DNA of 32,000 nucleotides from Bacillus subtilis subsp. subtilis str. 168 (GTDB lineage: Bacteria > Bacillota > Bacilli > Bacillales > Bacillaceae), in assembly GCF_000009045.1 (NCBI RefSeq), contig NC_000964.3, positions 1,740,001 through 1,772,000 on the forward strand, read 5' to 3'. The stretch's first letter is position 1, and every line of letters starts with the position of its first letter. The position numbers and the translations under genes are program-made. Positions 9,418 through 19,654 of the stretch are shown piece after piece. The notes beneath the pieces were generated by a model. That model was not told the origin of the DNA and did not search any database. It saw only the letters and a program-made list of their open reading frames with translations.

Positions 9418-11085
9418 TTGAAAAAGAAAAATACAGAAAACGTTAGAATTATCGCCCTTGGCGGTGTCGGAGAGATTGGGAAGAACCTTTATGTCATTGA
9501 AATTGACTCAGACATATTTGTCGTTGATGCCGGCCTTATGCATCCAGAAAACGAAATGCTCGGTATTGATGTAGTGATTCCTGACATATCATATTTGATT
9601 GAACGGGCTGACCGCGTCAAGGCAATCTTTTTAACGCACGGGCACGATGAAAATATCGGCGGCGTTTTTTACTTATTAAACAAGCTGTCCGTTCCAGTGT
9701 ACGGAACAAAACTGACGCTTGCACTGTTAAGAGAGAAATTAAAACAATACGGACATAACCGAAAAACTGATTTAAGAGAAATTCACTCCAAATCTGTCAT
9801 TACATTTGAATCAACAAAGGTATCGTTCTTTAGAACGATTCACAGCATTCCTGATTCTGTAGGTGTGAGCTTTAAAACATCACTTGGATCTATTGTATGC
9901 ACGGGAGACTTCAAATTTGACCAAACACCTGCACTTAATCAGACGTGCGACATTGGCGAGATCGCCAAGATCGGCAATAGCGGCGTGCTCGCTCTGCTTT
10001 CTGACAGTGCAAATGCGGAACGGCCGGGTTACACCCCTTCGGAAGCGGCTGTCAGCGGAGAAATTTCGGATGCGCTGTATAATTCACAGAACCGGGTGAT
10101 TATTGCTGTTTTCGCATCCAATATTAACCGGATTCAGCAAGTCATTCATGCAGCGGCTCAAAATGGCAGAAAGATTGCCGTAGCCGGAAAAAATCTTCAA
10201 TCTGTCCTGCAGCTGGCGAGAAAGTTAGGATATATTGAAGCAGATGATGAATTGTTTATTTCTGTACAGGATGTCAAAAAATATCCGAAGCGCGAAGTGG
10301 CCATTATTACAGCCGGAAGCCAAGGTGAACCATTAGCTGCTTTGACAAGAATGGCAAACAAAGCTCACAAACAGCTGAACATTGAAGAAGGGGATACGGT
10401 GGTCATTGCGTCAACTCCGATTCCCGGGCAGGAACTCATTTACTCTAAAACAGTAGATCTTCTTGCGAGAGCCGGTGCACAAGTCATCTTTGCCCAAAAG
10501 CGTGTTCATGTATCAGGCCACGGCTCACAAGAAGAGTTAAAGCTGATGATCAACCTGCTTAAACCAAAATATTTGATTCCTGTAAACGGCGAATACAGAA
10601 TGCAAAAAGCTCATTCAAAAATCGCTGAAGAAACCGGCATGAAGCGCAGTGACATCTTCTTAATTGAAAAAGGCGACGTCGTTGAATTCCGCGGCCAAAA
10701 CGTAAAAATTGGGGATAAAGTTCCTTACGGCAATATTTTAATTGATGGTTTAGGTGTCGGTGATATCGGCAATATCGTATTGAGAGACCGCCGCTTGCTT
10801 TCACAGGACGGAATTTTAATCGTTGTCATTACACTTGATAAACAAAAGAAACATCTTGTATCAGGACCAGAAATTATCACTCGCGGCTTTGTTTATGTAA
10901 GAGAGTCTGAAGGTCTTATCGTACAGGCTACTGAGCTTGTACGGTCCATCGTGACAGAAGCGACTGAAACATCAAATGTCGAATGGTCAACGCTGAAGCA
11001 GGCAATGCGGGATGCTTTGAACCAATTCCTTTATGAAAAAACGAAACGTAAACCGATGATCATCCCAATTATTATGGAAGTATAA
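9418..11085 (+). CDS. rnjB: Ribonuclease J2
   Basis: Metallo-beta-lactamase/beta-CASP family: FLTHGHDENIGGVFYLL, VCTGDFKFDQ, ASTPIPGQE, HVSGHGSQEELKLMINLLKPKYLIPVNGEYRM. Canonical HxHxDH is replaced by HGHDEN, a J2-type divergence. 555 aa, TTG start. Confidence 0.96.
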   Translation: MKKKNTENVRIIALGGVGEIGKNLYVIEIDSDIFVVDAGLMHPENEMLGIDVVIPDISYLIERADRVKAIFLTHGHDENIGGVFYLLNKLSVPVYGTKLTLALLREKLKQYGHNRKTDLREIHSKSVITFESTKVSFFRTIHSIPDSVGVSFKTSLGSIVCTGDFKFDQTPALNQTCDIGEIAKIGNSGVLALLSDSANAERPGYTPSEAAVSGEISDALYNSQNRVIIAVFASNINRIQQVIHAAAQNGRKIAVAGKNLQSVLQLARKLGYIEADDELFISVQDVKKYPKREVAIITAGSQGEPLAALTRMANKAHKQLNIEEGDTVVIASTPIPGQELIYSKTVDLLARAGAQVIFAQKRVHVSGHGSQEELKLMINLLKPKYLIPVNGEYRMQKAHSKIAEETGMKRSDIFLIEKGDVVEFRGQNVKIGDKVPYGNILIDGLGVGDIGNIVLRDRRLLSQDGILIVVITLDKQKKHLVSGPEIITRGFVYVRESEGLIVQATELVRSIVTEATETSNVEWSTLKQAMRDALNQFLYEKTKRKPMIIPIIMEV

Positions 11086-11094
11086 TGACTGACT

Positions 11095-11126
11095 AAAGAC
11101 CGGAGCTGCTCCGGTCTTTATTTTTT
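11095..11126 (+). terminator. Terminator after rnjB
   Basis: aaagaccggagctgctccggtctttatttttt: perfect stem plus T-run. Confidence 0.92.
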
Positions 11127-11200
11127 GTCCTTCAAGCCGGGATTGAATGAAGTATCTTTGTTCATAATACAAAGAGAAACTCGGAAAGGATGAAAGCGAG

Positions 11201-11938
11201 ATGGATCATCGTATGGAAAACACAGAAGAAGAGCGTCCTGAAAAAAATGATGCGAAGGACAGCATTATGAATAAAATACAGCAGCTTGGTGAAACGACGC
11301 TTCCGCAGCTGCCCCAAGATACAAATATTCATTGTCTGACCATTATCGGACAAATTGAAGGCCATGTTCAGCTTCCTCCGCAAAACAAAACAACAAAATA
11401 TGAACATGTCATCCCGCAGATTGTGGCAATTGAACAAAATCCCAAAATTGAAGGCTTGCTGATCATATTAAATACTGTCGGAGGAGATGTTGAAGCTGGT
11501 CTTGCCATAGCGGAAATGCTTGCATCTTTATCGAAACCGACCGTTTCTATCGTGCTTGGCGGGGGGCATTCAATCGGCGTTCCGATTGCTGTATCCTGTG
11601 ATTACAGCTATATCGCCGAAACAGCAACGATGACGATTCATCCAGTTAGGCTCACCGGGCTGGTCATCGGGGTGCCGCAAACGTTTGAATACCTGGATAA
11701 GATGCAAGAAAGAGTTGTTAAATTTGTGACAAGCCATTCCAATATAACCGAAGAGAAGTTTAAAGAGCTAATGTTTTCAAAAGGAAACTTAACACGCGAT
11801 ATCGGAACAAATGTAGTCGGTAAGGATGCAGTTAAATACGGATTGATCGATCACGCAGGCGGTGTCGGACAGGCAATCAATAAACTGAATGAGCTCATCG
11901 ATGAAGCAAGGAAAGAAGAAGGACGGATGATTCAATGA
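11201..11938 (+). CDS. tepA: ClpP-like serine protease TepA (SppA/ClpP fold)
   Basis: [62 protein letters not shown]; 245 aa. Confidence 0.92.
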
Positions 11939-12147
11939 TTCTTTATACCGTGATGCCTCAGGAAATTGTGTTTGCAGAACAGAACCAAGAGACAAGCGCA
12001 CATGAGCAAATTGAATATAAAGGTGTACCGCTTCTAGTCGAAATGAAAGGGAATGAAGCGGAAGTCATTCAAATCATGAGCACCAATCCAATGCATTTTC
12101 TGCATCCGGACATTTCACCGGGACAAAAGCTGAAATTAAACGTATAA
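11935..12147 (+). CDS. ylzJ: Small conserved protein YlzJ
   Basis: [37 protein letters not shown]; 70 aa. Start codon overlaps the tepA stop (ATGA), suggesting translational coupling. Confidence 0.85.
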
Positions 12148-12176
12148 GAATCCAACCCTTTTTTAAGGGCAAAATA

Positions 12177-12185
12177 TGCTATAAT
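12177..12185 (+). promoter_or_regulatory. Candidate extended -10 sigma-A promoter for spoIIIE
   Basis: TGCTATAAT (12177-12185); no strong -35 at consensus spacing. Confidence 0.5.
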
Positions 12186-12207
12186 AGGGGAATCCTACAG
12201 AAAAAAC

Positions 12208-12232
12208 GCAGCCTGTAAACGGCTGCTTTCTT
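12208..12232 (+). terminator. Terminator-like hairpin in the spoIIIE leader
   Basis: gcagcctgtaaacggctgctttctt: GCAGCC/GGCTGC stem followed by TTTCTT, between the promoter-like site and the CDS. Confidence 0.55.
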
Positions 12233-12277
12233 CATTATGTATGAACTTACATTTTTTAACGCAGTAAGGTGATGAGT

Positions 12278-14641
12278 GTGGCAAAGAAAAAACGAAAATC
12301 AAGAAAAAAACAGGCGAAACAGCTCAATATAAAATACGAGCTCAACGGATTGCTGTGTATAGCCATTTCAATTATCGCAATCTTGCAGCTGGGGGTAGTC
12401 GGGCAAACGTTTATCTATTTGTTCCGCTTTTTTGCTGGAGAGTGGTTTATTTTATGCTTGTTAGGTTTATTGGTGTTAGGAGTCTCACTGTTTTGGAAGA
12501 AAAAAACCCCAAGCCTTTTAACGAGACGAAAGGCCGGGTTGTACTGTATTATCGCAAGCATATTGCTGCTTTCTCACGTGCAGCTATTTAAAAATTTGAC
12601 GCACAAAGGGTCTATTGAGTCTGCAAGCGTGGTGCGCAATACGTGGGAATTGTTTTTAATGGACATGAATGGCAGCTCTGCTTCACCTGATTTAGGCGGA
12701 GGGATGATCGGTGCGCTGCTGTTTGCGGCTTCACACTTTTTGTTTGCGTCGACTGGTTCTCAGATCATGGCAATTGTCATGATTTTGATCGGAATGATTT
12801 TAGTAACAGGACGCTCGCTGCAAGAAACGCTAAAAAAGTGGATGAGCCCGATTGGACGTTTTATAAAAGAACAATGGTTAGCATTTATTGATGACATGAA
12901 ATCCTTCAAATCAAATATGCAGTCATCGAAAAAAACGAAAGCGCCGAGCAAAAAACAAAAACCGGCCCGCAAAAAACAGCAAATGGAACCGGAGCCTCCT
13001 GATGAAGAGGGGGATTATGAAACAGTATCGCCTCTTATTCATTCAGAGCCGATTATCTCAAGCTTTTCTGATCGTAATGAAGAGGAAGAGTCTCCAGTTA
13101 TAGAAAAGCGCGCCGAACCTGTGTCGAAGCCGCTTCAGGACATCCAACCGGAGACAGGTGATCAGGAAACTGTTTCTGCTCCTCCTATGACCTTTACAGA
13201 GCTCGAAAATAAGGATTACGAGATGCCGTCACTGGATTTGCTGGCAGATCCGAAGCATACCGGCCAGCAGGCTGATAAAAAGAATATTTATGAAAATGCG
13301 AGAAAGCTTGAACGCACATTCCAAAGCTTTGGCGTAAAGGCGAAAGTCACACAGGTTCATCTCGGACCGGCCGTAACAAAATATGAAGTATATCCTGATG
13401 TCGGAGTGAAGGTTAGCAAAATTGTCAATTTAAGCGATGATTTAGCGCTTGCGCTTGCTGCGAAGGATATCAGGATCGAAGCGCCTATACCAGGCAAATC
13501 AGCAATCGGAATTGAAGTTCCAAACGCAGAAGTGGCAATGGTTTCGCTGAAAGAAGTGCTGGAGTCTAAATTGAATGACAGACCGGATGCGAAGCTGTTA
13601 ATTGGACTCGGCCGCAATATTTCAGGTGAAGCTGTATTGGCTGAGTTAAACAAGATGCCCCACCTTTTGGTCGCAGGCGCAACCGGTAGCGGGAAAAGTG
13701 TCTGTGTCAACGGCATTATTACAAGTATTTTAATGCGGGCGAAACCGCATGAAGTGAAAATGATGATGATCGATCCTAAAATGGTAGAGCTAAATGTCTA
13801 CAACGGGATTCCGCATTTGCTTGCTCCTGTTGTAACCGATCCGAAAAAAGCGTCGCAGGCTTTGAAAAAGGTTGTCAATGAAATGGAGCGGCGGTACGAA
13901 TTATTTTCTCATACGGGTACAAGAAATATTGAAGGATACAATGATTATATAAAACGCGCCAACAATGAAGAAGGAGCGAAACAGCCAGAGCTGCCTTATA
14001 TTGTTGTCATTGTGGACGAGCTAGCCGATCTCATGATGGTCGCTTCATCTGATGTGGAAGATTCGATTACGAGATTGTCCCAAATGGCGCGGGCTGCCGG
14101 CATCCATCTTATTATTGCGACACAGCGGCCATCGGTGGATGTTATCACAGGGGTGATCAAAGCGAACATTCCGTCACGAATCGCGTTCAGCGTATCTTCA
14201 CAGACGGATTCAAGGACCATTCTTGACATGGGTGGCGCTGAGAAGCTTCTTGGCCGCGGCGATATGCTGTTTTTACCTGTAGGGGCTAACAAACCTGTCC
14301 GTGTGCAGGGAGCATTTTTGTCGGATGACGAAGTGGAGAAGGTCGTCGACCATGTGATTACTCAGCAGAAAGCGCAATATCAAGAAGAAATGATTCCTGA
14401 GGAGACGACGGAAACTCATTCCGAGGTTACTGATGAACTTTATGATGAAGCTGTTGAATTAATCGTCGGCATGCAGACGGCATCTGTTTCAATGCTGCAA
14501 AGAAGATTCAGAATTGGCTATACGAGAGCGGCGCGCCTGATTGACGCAATGGAGGAACGCGGTGTTGTCGGACCGTATGAAGGCAGCAAACCTAGGGAAG
14601 TATTATTATCAAAAGAGAAATATGATGAGCTCTCTTCTTAA
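12278..14641 (+). CDS. spoIIIE: DNA translocase SpoIIIE (FtsK/SpoIIIE family)
   Basis: N-terminal TM segments; Walker [20 protein letters not shown], Walker [16 protein letters not shown]-terminal gamma/winged-helix domain ([37 protein letters not shown]). GTG 12278 gives 787 aa and is well spaced from RBS aaggtgatg; the track start is 12269. Confidence 0.96.
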   Translation: MAKKKRKSRKKQAKQLNIKYELNGLLCIAISIIAILQLGVVGQTFIYLFRFFAGEWFILCLLGLLVLGVSLFWKKKTPSLLTRRKAGLYCIIASILLLSHVQLFKNLTHKGSIESASVVRNTWELFLMDMNGSSASPDLGGGMIGALLFAASHFLFASTGSQIMAIVMILIGMILVTGRSLQETLKKWMSPIGRFIKEQWLAFIDDMKSFKSNMQSSKKTKAPSKKQKPARKKQQMEPEPPDEEGDYETVSPLIHSEPIISSFSDRNEEEESPVIEKRAEPVSKPLQDIQPETGDQETVSAPPMTFTELENKDYEMPSLDLLADPKHTGQQADKKNIYENARKLERTFQSFGVKAKVTQVHLGPAVTKYEVYPDVGVKVSKIVNLSDDLALALAAKDIRIEAPIPGKSAIGIEVPNAEVAMVSLKEVLESKLNDRPDAKLLIGLGRNISGEAVLAELNKMPHLLVAGATGSGKSVCVNGIITSILMRAKPHEVKMMMIDPKMVELNVYNGIPHLLAPVVTDPKKASQALKKVVNEMERRYELFSHTGTRNIEGYNDYIKRANNEEGAKQPELPYIVVIVDELADLMMVASSDVEDSITRLSQMARAAGIHLIIATQRPSVDVITGVIKANIPSRIAFSVSSQTDSRTILDMGGAEKLLGRGDMLFLPVGANKPVRVQGAFLSDDEVEKVVDHVITQQKAQYQEEMIPEETTETHSEVTDELYDEAVELIVGMQTASVSMLQRRFRIGYTRAARLIDAMEERGVVGPYEGSKPREVLLSKEKYDELSS

Positions 14642-14784
14642 TGAAGGGAGTTCCGCTTTCTATAGTTGTCAATAATGATATTATGTAAACTGATCACCTT
14701 TCTATTTATTTTTTCGACAAAACATGATATAGTTGTCCCAATTGTTCAATAATTTTTATCGAAAGTGGTTTACGGAGGGGAAAC

Positions 14785-15510
14785 ATGTCTACAAAAGCTG
14801 ATAATCGGCACTTGTATTTGAAAGTAATTGAACGAATTAAAGAGGATATAAAAAATGGGATCTACACTGAGAAGGAAAAGCTGCCTTCTGAATTTGAGCT
14901 TTCCAAAAAGCTTGGTGTCAGCAGAGCGACGCTAAGAGAAGCCTTGCGGATACTGGAAGAAGAGCATGTGATTATCAGAAGGCATGGTGTAGGCACTTTT
15001 GTCCATTCTAAGCCGTTATTTCTTTCGGGTATTGAACAGCTGAACAGTGTAACCAAGATGATAGAACAGGCGAATATGACCCCTGGCACGATTTTTCTAT
15101 CATCACAAGTGCTTATGCCGTCTGAAGATGATACGAAGAGATTTCACTTGGCAGAAGGGCAAGAACTTTTTTACCTTGAACGAGTCAGGACAGCTGACGG
15201 ACAGCCGATTGTGTATTGTATAGACAAAATTCCGATGAATATTTTGCCGAATTCTTTTTCTCATCAGCAAGAATCTATGTTTGACCTGCTAGAGAAAAAT
15301 TCAGGCTCCGTAATCAGCTATGCAGTAACTGATATAGAACCGATCGGCTATCACGATACCATTTCTCCAGTGCTTGAATGCGATCCGGAAACAGCTCTTT
15401 TGCTGTTAAAACAAACCCATTACGATCAGCACGATAAACCGGTGCTTTATTCTTTAAATTATTTTAGAGCGGATAAATTCAGATTTCATGTTTTGCGTAA
15501 ACGATTCTAA
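14785..15510 (+). CDS. ymfC: GntR/HutC-family transcriptional regulator YmfC
   Basis: Winged-helix motif [42 protein letters not shown] plus UTRA-like effector domain; 241 aa. Confidence 0.9.
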
Positions 15511-15545
15511 AAACGGACGCCTGTATGTGTCTGTTTTTTTATTTG
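15511..15545 (+). terminator. Terminator after ymfC
   Basis: aaacggacgcctgtatgtgtctgttttttt: stem with one G-U pair plus long T-run. Confidence 0.8.
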
Positions 15546-15621
15546 CACTGATTCATGTTTCTTTGTACATACTTTCATTCCGGTTAACGCAATATATAAG
15601 GGATGACAAGAAAGTGAATGG

Positions 15622-16857
15622 GTGAAAATGTTGAGAGAGAAAAATGGAATGAAAAATATTATTGCATTGTCTTCTGTCCCGCTTGTGATGACACTCGGGA
15701 ACTCCATGCTGATTCCTGTTCTTCCGATGATGGAGAAAAAGCTGTCTGTGACTTCATTTCAAGTATCTTTAATCATTACTGTATATTCAGTAGTAGCAAT
15801 TATTTGCATTCCGATTGCCGGATATTTGTCGGATCGTTTCGGGAGAAAAAAAATATTGCTTCCATGCCTCCTCATTGCAGGATTGGGGGGAGCCGTAGCT
15901 GCTTTTGCCTCGACCTATATGAAAAATCCTTATGCTATGATCTTGGCGGGGCGGGTTCTTCAAGGCATTGGTTCTGCAGGTGCCGCTCCGATTGTCATGC
16001 CGTTTATCGGCGACCTGTTTAAAGGAGACGATGAAAAGGTCAGCGCGGGTCTTGGCGATATTGAAACCGCCAACACGTCAGGGAAGGTACTGAGTCCCAT
16101 ACTTGGAGCCTTACTGGCTTCTTGGTATTGGTTTGTACCGTTTTGGTTTATTCCGTTTTTCTGTTTGATCAGCTTTTTGCTCGTATTGTTTTTGGTGGCC
16201 AAGCCTGAAGAAGATGAAGATGCGCCTGCTGTTTCTGAGTTTATTAAGAGTGTGAAGAAAATTTTTAAACAGGATGGTCGCTGGCTTTATACGGTCTTCA
16301 TTATCGGGTGTGTCATTATGTTTTTGTTATTTGGCGTATTATTTTATTTATCAGATACGCTGGAGAACAAGTATGCTATTGACGGAGTAGCTAAAGGCGG
16401 ATTACTGGCAATCCCACTTTTGTTTTTGTCAACCAGTTCTTTTATAGCTGGCAAAAAGATCGGTAAAGATAAAGGCCGAATGAAATTTTGCGTTGTTACA
16501 GGAATGATTCTGTTAACCCTTTCGTTTATTGCCTTGTGGTGGAACCACAGTTTTTATTTTTTATTTGTCTTTTTAAGCTTTGGCGGGATTGGGATTGGAA
16601 TGGCTCTTCCTGCTTTAGATGCATTGATAACCGAAGGGATTGAAAGTGAACAATGCGGAACCATTTCCTCCTTTTACAATAGCATGCGCTTTATAGGAGT
16701 AGCTCTCGGTCCACCTGTTTTTGCTGCATTAATGTCTAATGCAAACTGGATTATTTTCATACTCTCGGCGTTTTGCAGCATCGTTTCTTTATTTTTAGTG
16801 CTCTTTACTGTAGATGCTAAAAAAAGTGAAGAAGAAAAAAACTTAGGGACGGTCTAG
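15622..16857 (+). CDS. ymfD: Major facilitator superfamily exporter YmfD (bacillibactin exporter, YmfD/YmfE)
   Basis: MFS with 12-14 TM pattern, DRFGRKKILLPCLL motif A, LAGRVLQGIGSAGAAPIVMPFIGDLF. The start is ambiguous among 15622, 15628 and 15649. Confidence 0.88.
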   Translation: MKMLREKNGMKNIIALSSVPLVMTLGNSMLIPVLPMMEKKLSVTSFQVSLIITVYSVVAIICIPIAGYLSDRFGRKKILLPCLLIAGLGGAVAAFASTYMKNPYAMILAGRVLQGIGSAGAAPIVMPFIGDLFKGDDEKVSAGLGDIETANTSGKVLSPILGALLASWYWFVPFWFIPFFCLISFLLVLFLVAKPEEDEDAPAVSEFIKSVKKIFKQDGRWLYTVFIIGCVIMFLLFGVLFYLSDTLENKYAIDGVAKGGLLAIPLLFLSTSSFIAGKKIGKDKGRMKFCVVTGMILLTLSFIALWWNHSFYFLFVFLSFGGIGIGMALPALDALITEGIESEQCGTISSFYNSMRFIGVALGPPVFAALMSNANWIIFILSAFCSIVSLFLVLFTVDAKKSEEEKNLGTV

Positions 16858-16873
16858 CCAGCCGTCTTTTTTT
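16846..16873 (+). terminator. Terminator after ymfD, overlapping the 3' end of the CDS
   Basis: gggacggtctagccagccgtcttttttt: GACGG/CCGTC stem plus T-run. Confidence 0.75.
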
Positions 16874-16947
16874 GCGCTTTCTTGCACAGTTTACAACTGT
16901 ACCTATACAGCATGCGGAGGTTATTGTTTCCTTATAAATCCTACAGT

Positions 16948-16956
16948 TGCTATAAT
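16948..16956 (+). promoter_or_regulatory. Candidate extended -10 promoter for ymfF-ymfH
   Basis: TTGCTATAAT (TG-N-TATAAT), about 80 nt before ymfF; weak -35. Confidence 0.4.
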
Positions 16957-17036
16957 TACATGAAAGAGTGTTTCTGCGGATGCTGAAAATTGGTCATAAT
17001 ACATACTAATTAAGAAATGAACGAAGGAGGTTCCAT

Positions 17037-18317
17037 ATGTCATATGTTAATGAACTCAAATCAAAGCACGGCGGTTTAACCGCACACATTGTAAAAACAG
17101 AAAAATTCAAAACCGTCTCGCTTATTTTTAAGATGCTTGCGCCGCTGACAAAGGATCAAGTCACCAAAAGAGCGCTTCTCCCGCATGTGCTTCTTCGCGG
17201 AACGAAAAGCCATCCGAAAACCGCAGGATTGCGTTCATACTTGGATGAGCTGTACGGCACGTCAGTATCGGCTGATCTTACGAAAAAAGGAGAGCGGCAT
17301 GTCATTACGTTCAGGCTTGAAATCCCGAATGAAAAATATTTAAAAGACCAAACGCCGCTTCTCGAGAAAGGGCTCCAGCTTCTCGCAGAACTCGTCTTTT
17401 CACCTGCTTTGGAGGGAGACGCTTTTCAGTCACAATATGTGGCTCAAGAAAAACGGACGCTTAAGCAAAGAATCCAAGCCGTCTATGATGATAAAATGCG
17501 TTATTCGAATTTAAGGCTGATACAGGAAATGTGCAAAAATGATCCTTACGCGCTTCATGTCAATGGTGAAATCGACGATGTCGATGACATTACGGCAGAG
17601 CAATTATACGAAACATACCAAAGCGCTATCCAAAAAGACCAGCTTGATCTATATGTTGTTGGCGACGTGGACAGTAACCAGGTACAATCGGCAATTGATA
17701 AGTATTTCAAAACAGAAGAGCGCACTCTTGGCATGATTGAAAACAATCACGCTGATGAAAAAGTTCAGCCAAAAGAAGTAATTGATGAAGAGGATGTCAA
17801 GCAAGGAAAACTGAATATCGGCTACCGCACCAGCATCACTTATACAGATCAGGATTATCCTGCTTTACAAGTGTTTAACGGATTGTTCGGCGGATTCTCT
17901 CATTCTAAACTTTTCATTAATGTTCGGGAAAAAGCCAGTCTTGCTTACTACGCGGCTTCGCGTATAGAAAGTTTTAAAGGCTTGTTAATGGTGATGTCAG
18001 GCATTGAAGTGAAAAATTTTGAACAGGCGGTTTCGATTATTGCTGAGCAATTCCAGGCAATGAAAAATGGCGATTTCAGTGAGCAGGATATAGCACAGAC
18101 AAAGGCCGTTATTCGAAATCAAGTGCTGGAAACGATTGATACAGCATACGGTTTATCTGAGTTTTTATATCAGCAGGCCGCTGCTCAAGTCGAGATTCCT
18201 ATCGAAGACTTTCTTGCCAATATTGAGAATGTCACAAAAGAGGATATCATTAAAGCCGGCGAAAAGATTCAGCTTGATACGACTTATTTCTTAAAAGGGA
18301 CGGAGGGTGCATCTTGA
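17037..18317 (+). CDS. ymfF: M16-family peptidase homologue YmfF (lacks the HxxEH motif)
   Basis: MSYVNELKSKHGGLTAHIVKTEKFKTVSLIFKMLAPL ...; M16-type fold (ALQVFNGLFGGFSHSKLFINVREKASLAYYAASR). 426 aa, RBS aaggagg. Confidence 0.88.
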   Translation: MSYVNELKSKHGGLTAHIVKTEKFKTVSLIFKMLAPLTKDQVTKRALLPHVLLRGTKSHPKTAGLRSYLDELYGTSVSADLTKKGERHVITFRLEIPNEKYLKDQTPLLEKGLQLLAELVFSPALEGDAFQSQYVAQEKRTLKQRIQAVYDDKMRYSNLRLIQEMCKNDPYALHVNGEIDDVDDITAEQLYETYQSAIQKDQLDLYVVGDVDSNQVQSAIDKYFKTEERTLGMIENNHADEKVQPKEVIDEEDVKQGKLNIGYRTSITYTDQDYPALQVFNGLFGGFSHSKLFINVREKASLAYYAASRIESFKGLLMVMSGIEVKNFEQAVSIIAEQFQAMKNGDFSEQDIAQTKAVIRNQVLETIDTAYGLSEFLYQQAAAQVEIPIEDFLANIENVTKEDIIKAGEKIQLDTTYFLKGTEGAS

Positions 18318-19600
18318 TCAAACCAATCGAATATGAACAGCTTCAGGAGACGCTGTATCATGAAAAAATGTCCAACGGCCTTGATGTTTACGTTTTGCCG
18401 AAAAAAGGCTTCAACAAGACATATGCGGTCTTTACAACAAAGTACGGCTCGATAGATAACCGGTTTGTCCCTTTAGGTAAAAACGAGATGGTTCACGTGC
18501 CGGACGGGATTGCTCACTTTCTTGAGCACAAGCTGTTTGAGAAAGCGGACGGAGACGTTTTTCAAGATTTCAGCAAACAGGGGGCTTCTGCCAATGCGTT
18601 TACGTCATTTACAAGAACGGCTTACCTTTTCTCAAGCACATCAAATGTTGAACGCAATTTAGAGACGCTTATCGATTTCGTACAGGACCCATATTTTACT
18701 GAAAAAACGGTTGAAAAGGAAAAAGGGATTATCGGGCAGGAGATTAATATGTACGACGATAACCCTGATTGGAGGCTTTACTTCGGGGTCATTGAAAACA
18801 TGTACAAAGAGCATCCTGTCAGAATTGACATAGCGGGAACAGTGGAAAGCATTTCACATATTACAAAAGACCTTCTTTATGAATGCTATGAAACGTTTTA
18901 TCACCCGAGTAACATGCTCCTTTTCATTGTCGGCCCTGTAGATCCTGAAGCGATTATTTCTCAGGTAAGAGAAAACCAGGGGAAAAAGCCGTATACTGAT
19001 CAGCCGGAGATCAAACGAGAAGAAGTGAAAGAGCAAGAAGCGGTTTTCCGAAAAGAAAAAGAGATCAAAATGAACGTGCAGGGACCGAAATGCCTTGTTG
19101 GGCTGAAATCCAAAAATCCGTTTAAATTAGGCAAAGAGCTCTTAAAGCATGAACTTTCAATGAACTTATTGCTTGAAGCTCTTTTTGGCAAAAGCTCTGC
19201 CCAGTATGAATCACTTTATGAAAAAGGATATATTGACGAAACGTTCAGCTTTGATTTTACTGCTGAATATGGGTTCGGTTTTGCGGCGATCGGCGGAGAT
19301 ACGCCTGAGCCTGATCAATTGGCTGAAGACATTTCAAGCATGCTTTTGCGCGCCGGTGAACTGATTACTGCTGAAAAGATTGAACTTGCCAGAAAGAAAA
19401 AGATCGGCACATTCTTAAAAGCGCTGAATTCCCCTGAATACATCGCCAATCAATTTACCCGTTATGCGTTCTTGGATATGAGCCTGTTTGATGTTGTAAC
19501 GGTACTCGAGCAGATTACCCTCGAGGATGTCCAGAACGTAATACAAGAGGAAATCGCTGCAGACAGACTGACTGTCTGCAAGGTTGTTCCTAAATCATAA
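18314..19600 (+). CDS. ymfH: M16-family zinc metallopeptidase YmfH
   Basis: TTG start overlapping the ymfF stop (TTGA). Zinc motif HFLEH in GIAHFLEHKLFEKADGD and downstream E in EKEKGIIGQEINMYDD; 428 aa. Confidence 0.9.
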   Translation: MIKPIEYEQLQETLYHEKMSNGLDVYVLPKKGFNKTYAVFTTKYGSIDNRFVPLGKNEMVHVPDGIAHFLEHKLFEKADGDVFQDFSKQGASANAFTSFTRTAYLFSSTSNVERNLETLIDFVQDPYFTEKTVEKEKGIIGQEINMYDDNPDWRLYFGVIENMYKEHPVRIDIAGTVESISHITKDLLYECYETFYHPSNMLLFIVGPVDPEAIISQVRENQGKKPYTDQPEIKREEVKEQEAVFRKEKEIKMNVQGPKCLVGLKSKNPFKLGKELLKHELSMNLLLEALFGKSSAQYESLYEKGYIDETFSFDFTAEYGFGFAAIGGDTPEPDQLAEDISSMLLRAGELITAEKIELARKKKIGTFLKALNSPEYIANQFTRYAFLDMSLFDVVTVLEQITLEDVQNVIQEEIAADRLTVCKVVPKS

Positions 19601-19602
19601 AC

Positions 19603-19634
19603 AAAACATCCCTCCAGTGTGAGGGGTGTTTTTC
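19603..19634 (+). terminator. Terminator after ymfH
   Basis: aaaacatccctccagtgtgaggggtgttttt: CATCCCTC/GAGGGGTG-type stem plus T-run. Confidence 0.8.
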
Positions 19635-19654
19635 TGCGGAAAGAAGGAAAGAGG

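Noticed and set aside
9628-9660. RnjB metallo-beta-lactamase motif reads HGHDEN instead of HxHxDH, which could look like an inactivated enzyme
   Set aside because: Divergence of this motif is a known property of the J2 paralogue, so it is not a novel mutation.
15618-16022. 134-aa + strand ORF overlapping ymfD in another frame
   Set aside because: Shadow ORF of the MFS gene: cysteine/serine/arginine-rich, no family resemblance, and ymfD itself is intact.
19619-19654. N-terminal extension of ymfI in the ORF track (MRGVFLRKEGKR)
   Set aside because: The extension falls within the ymfH terminator. ATG 19655 has a good RBS and gives the standard SDR N-terminus.
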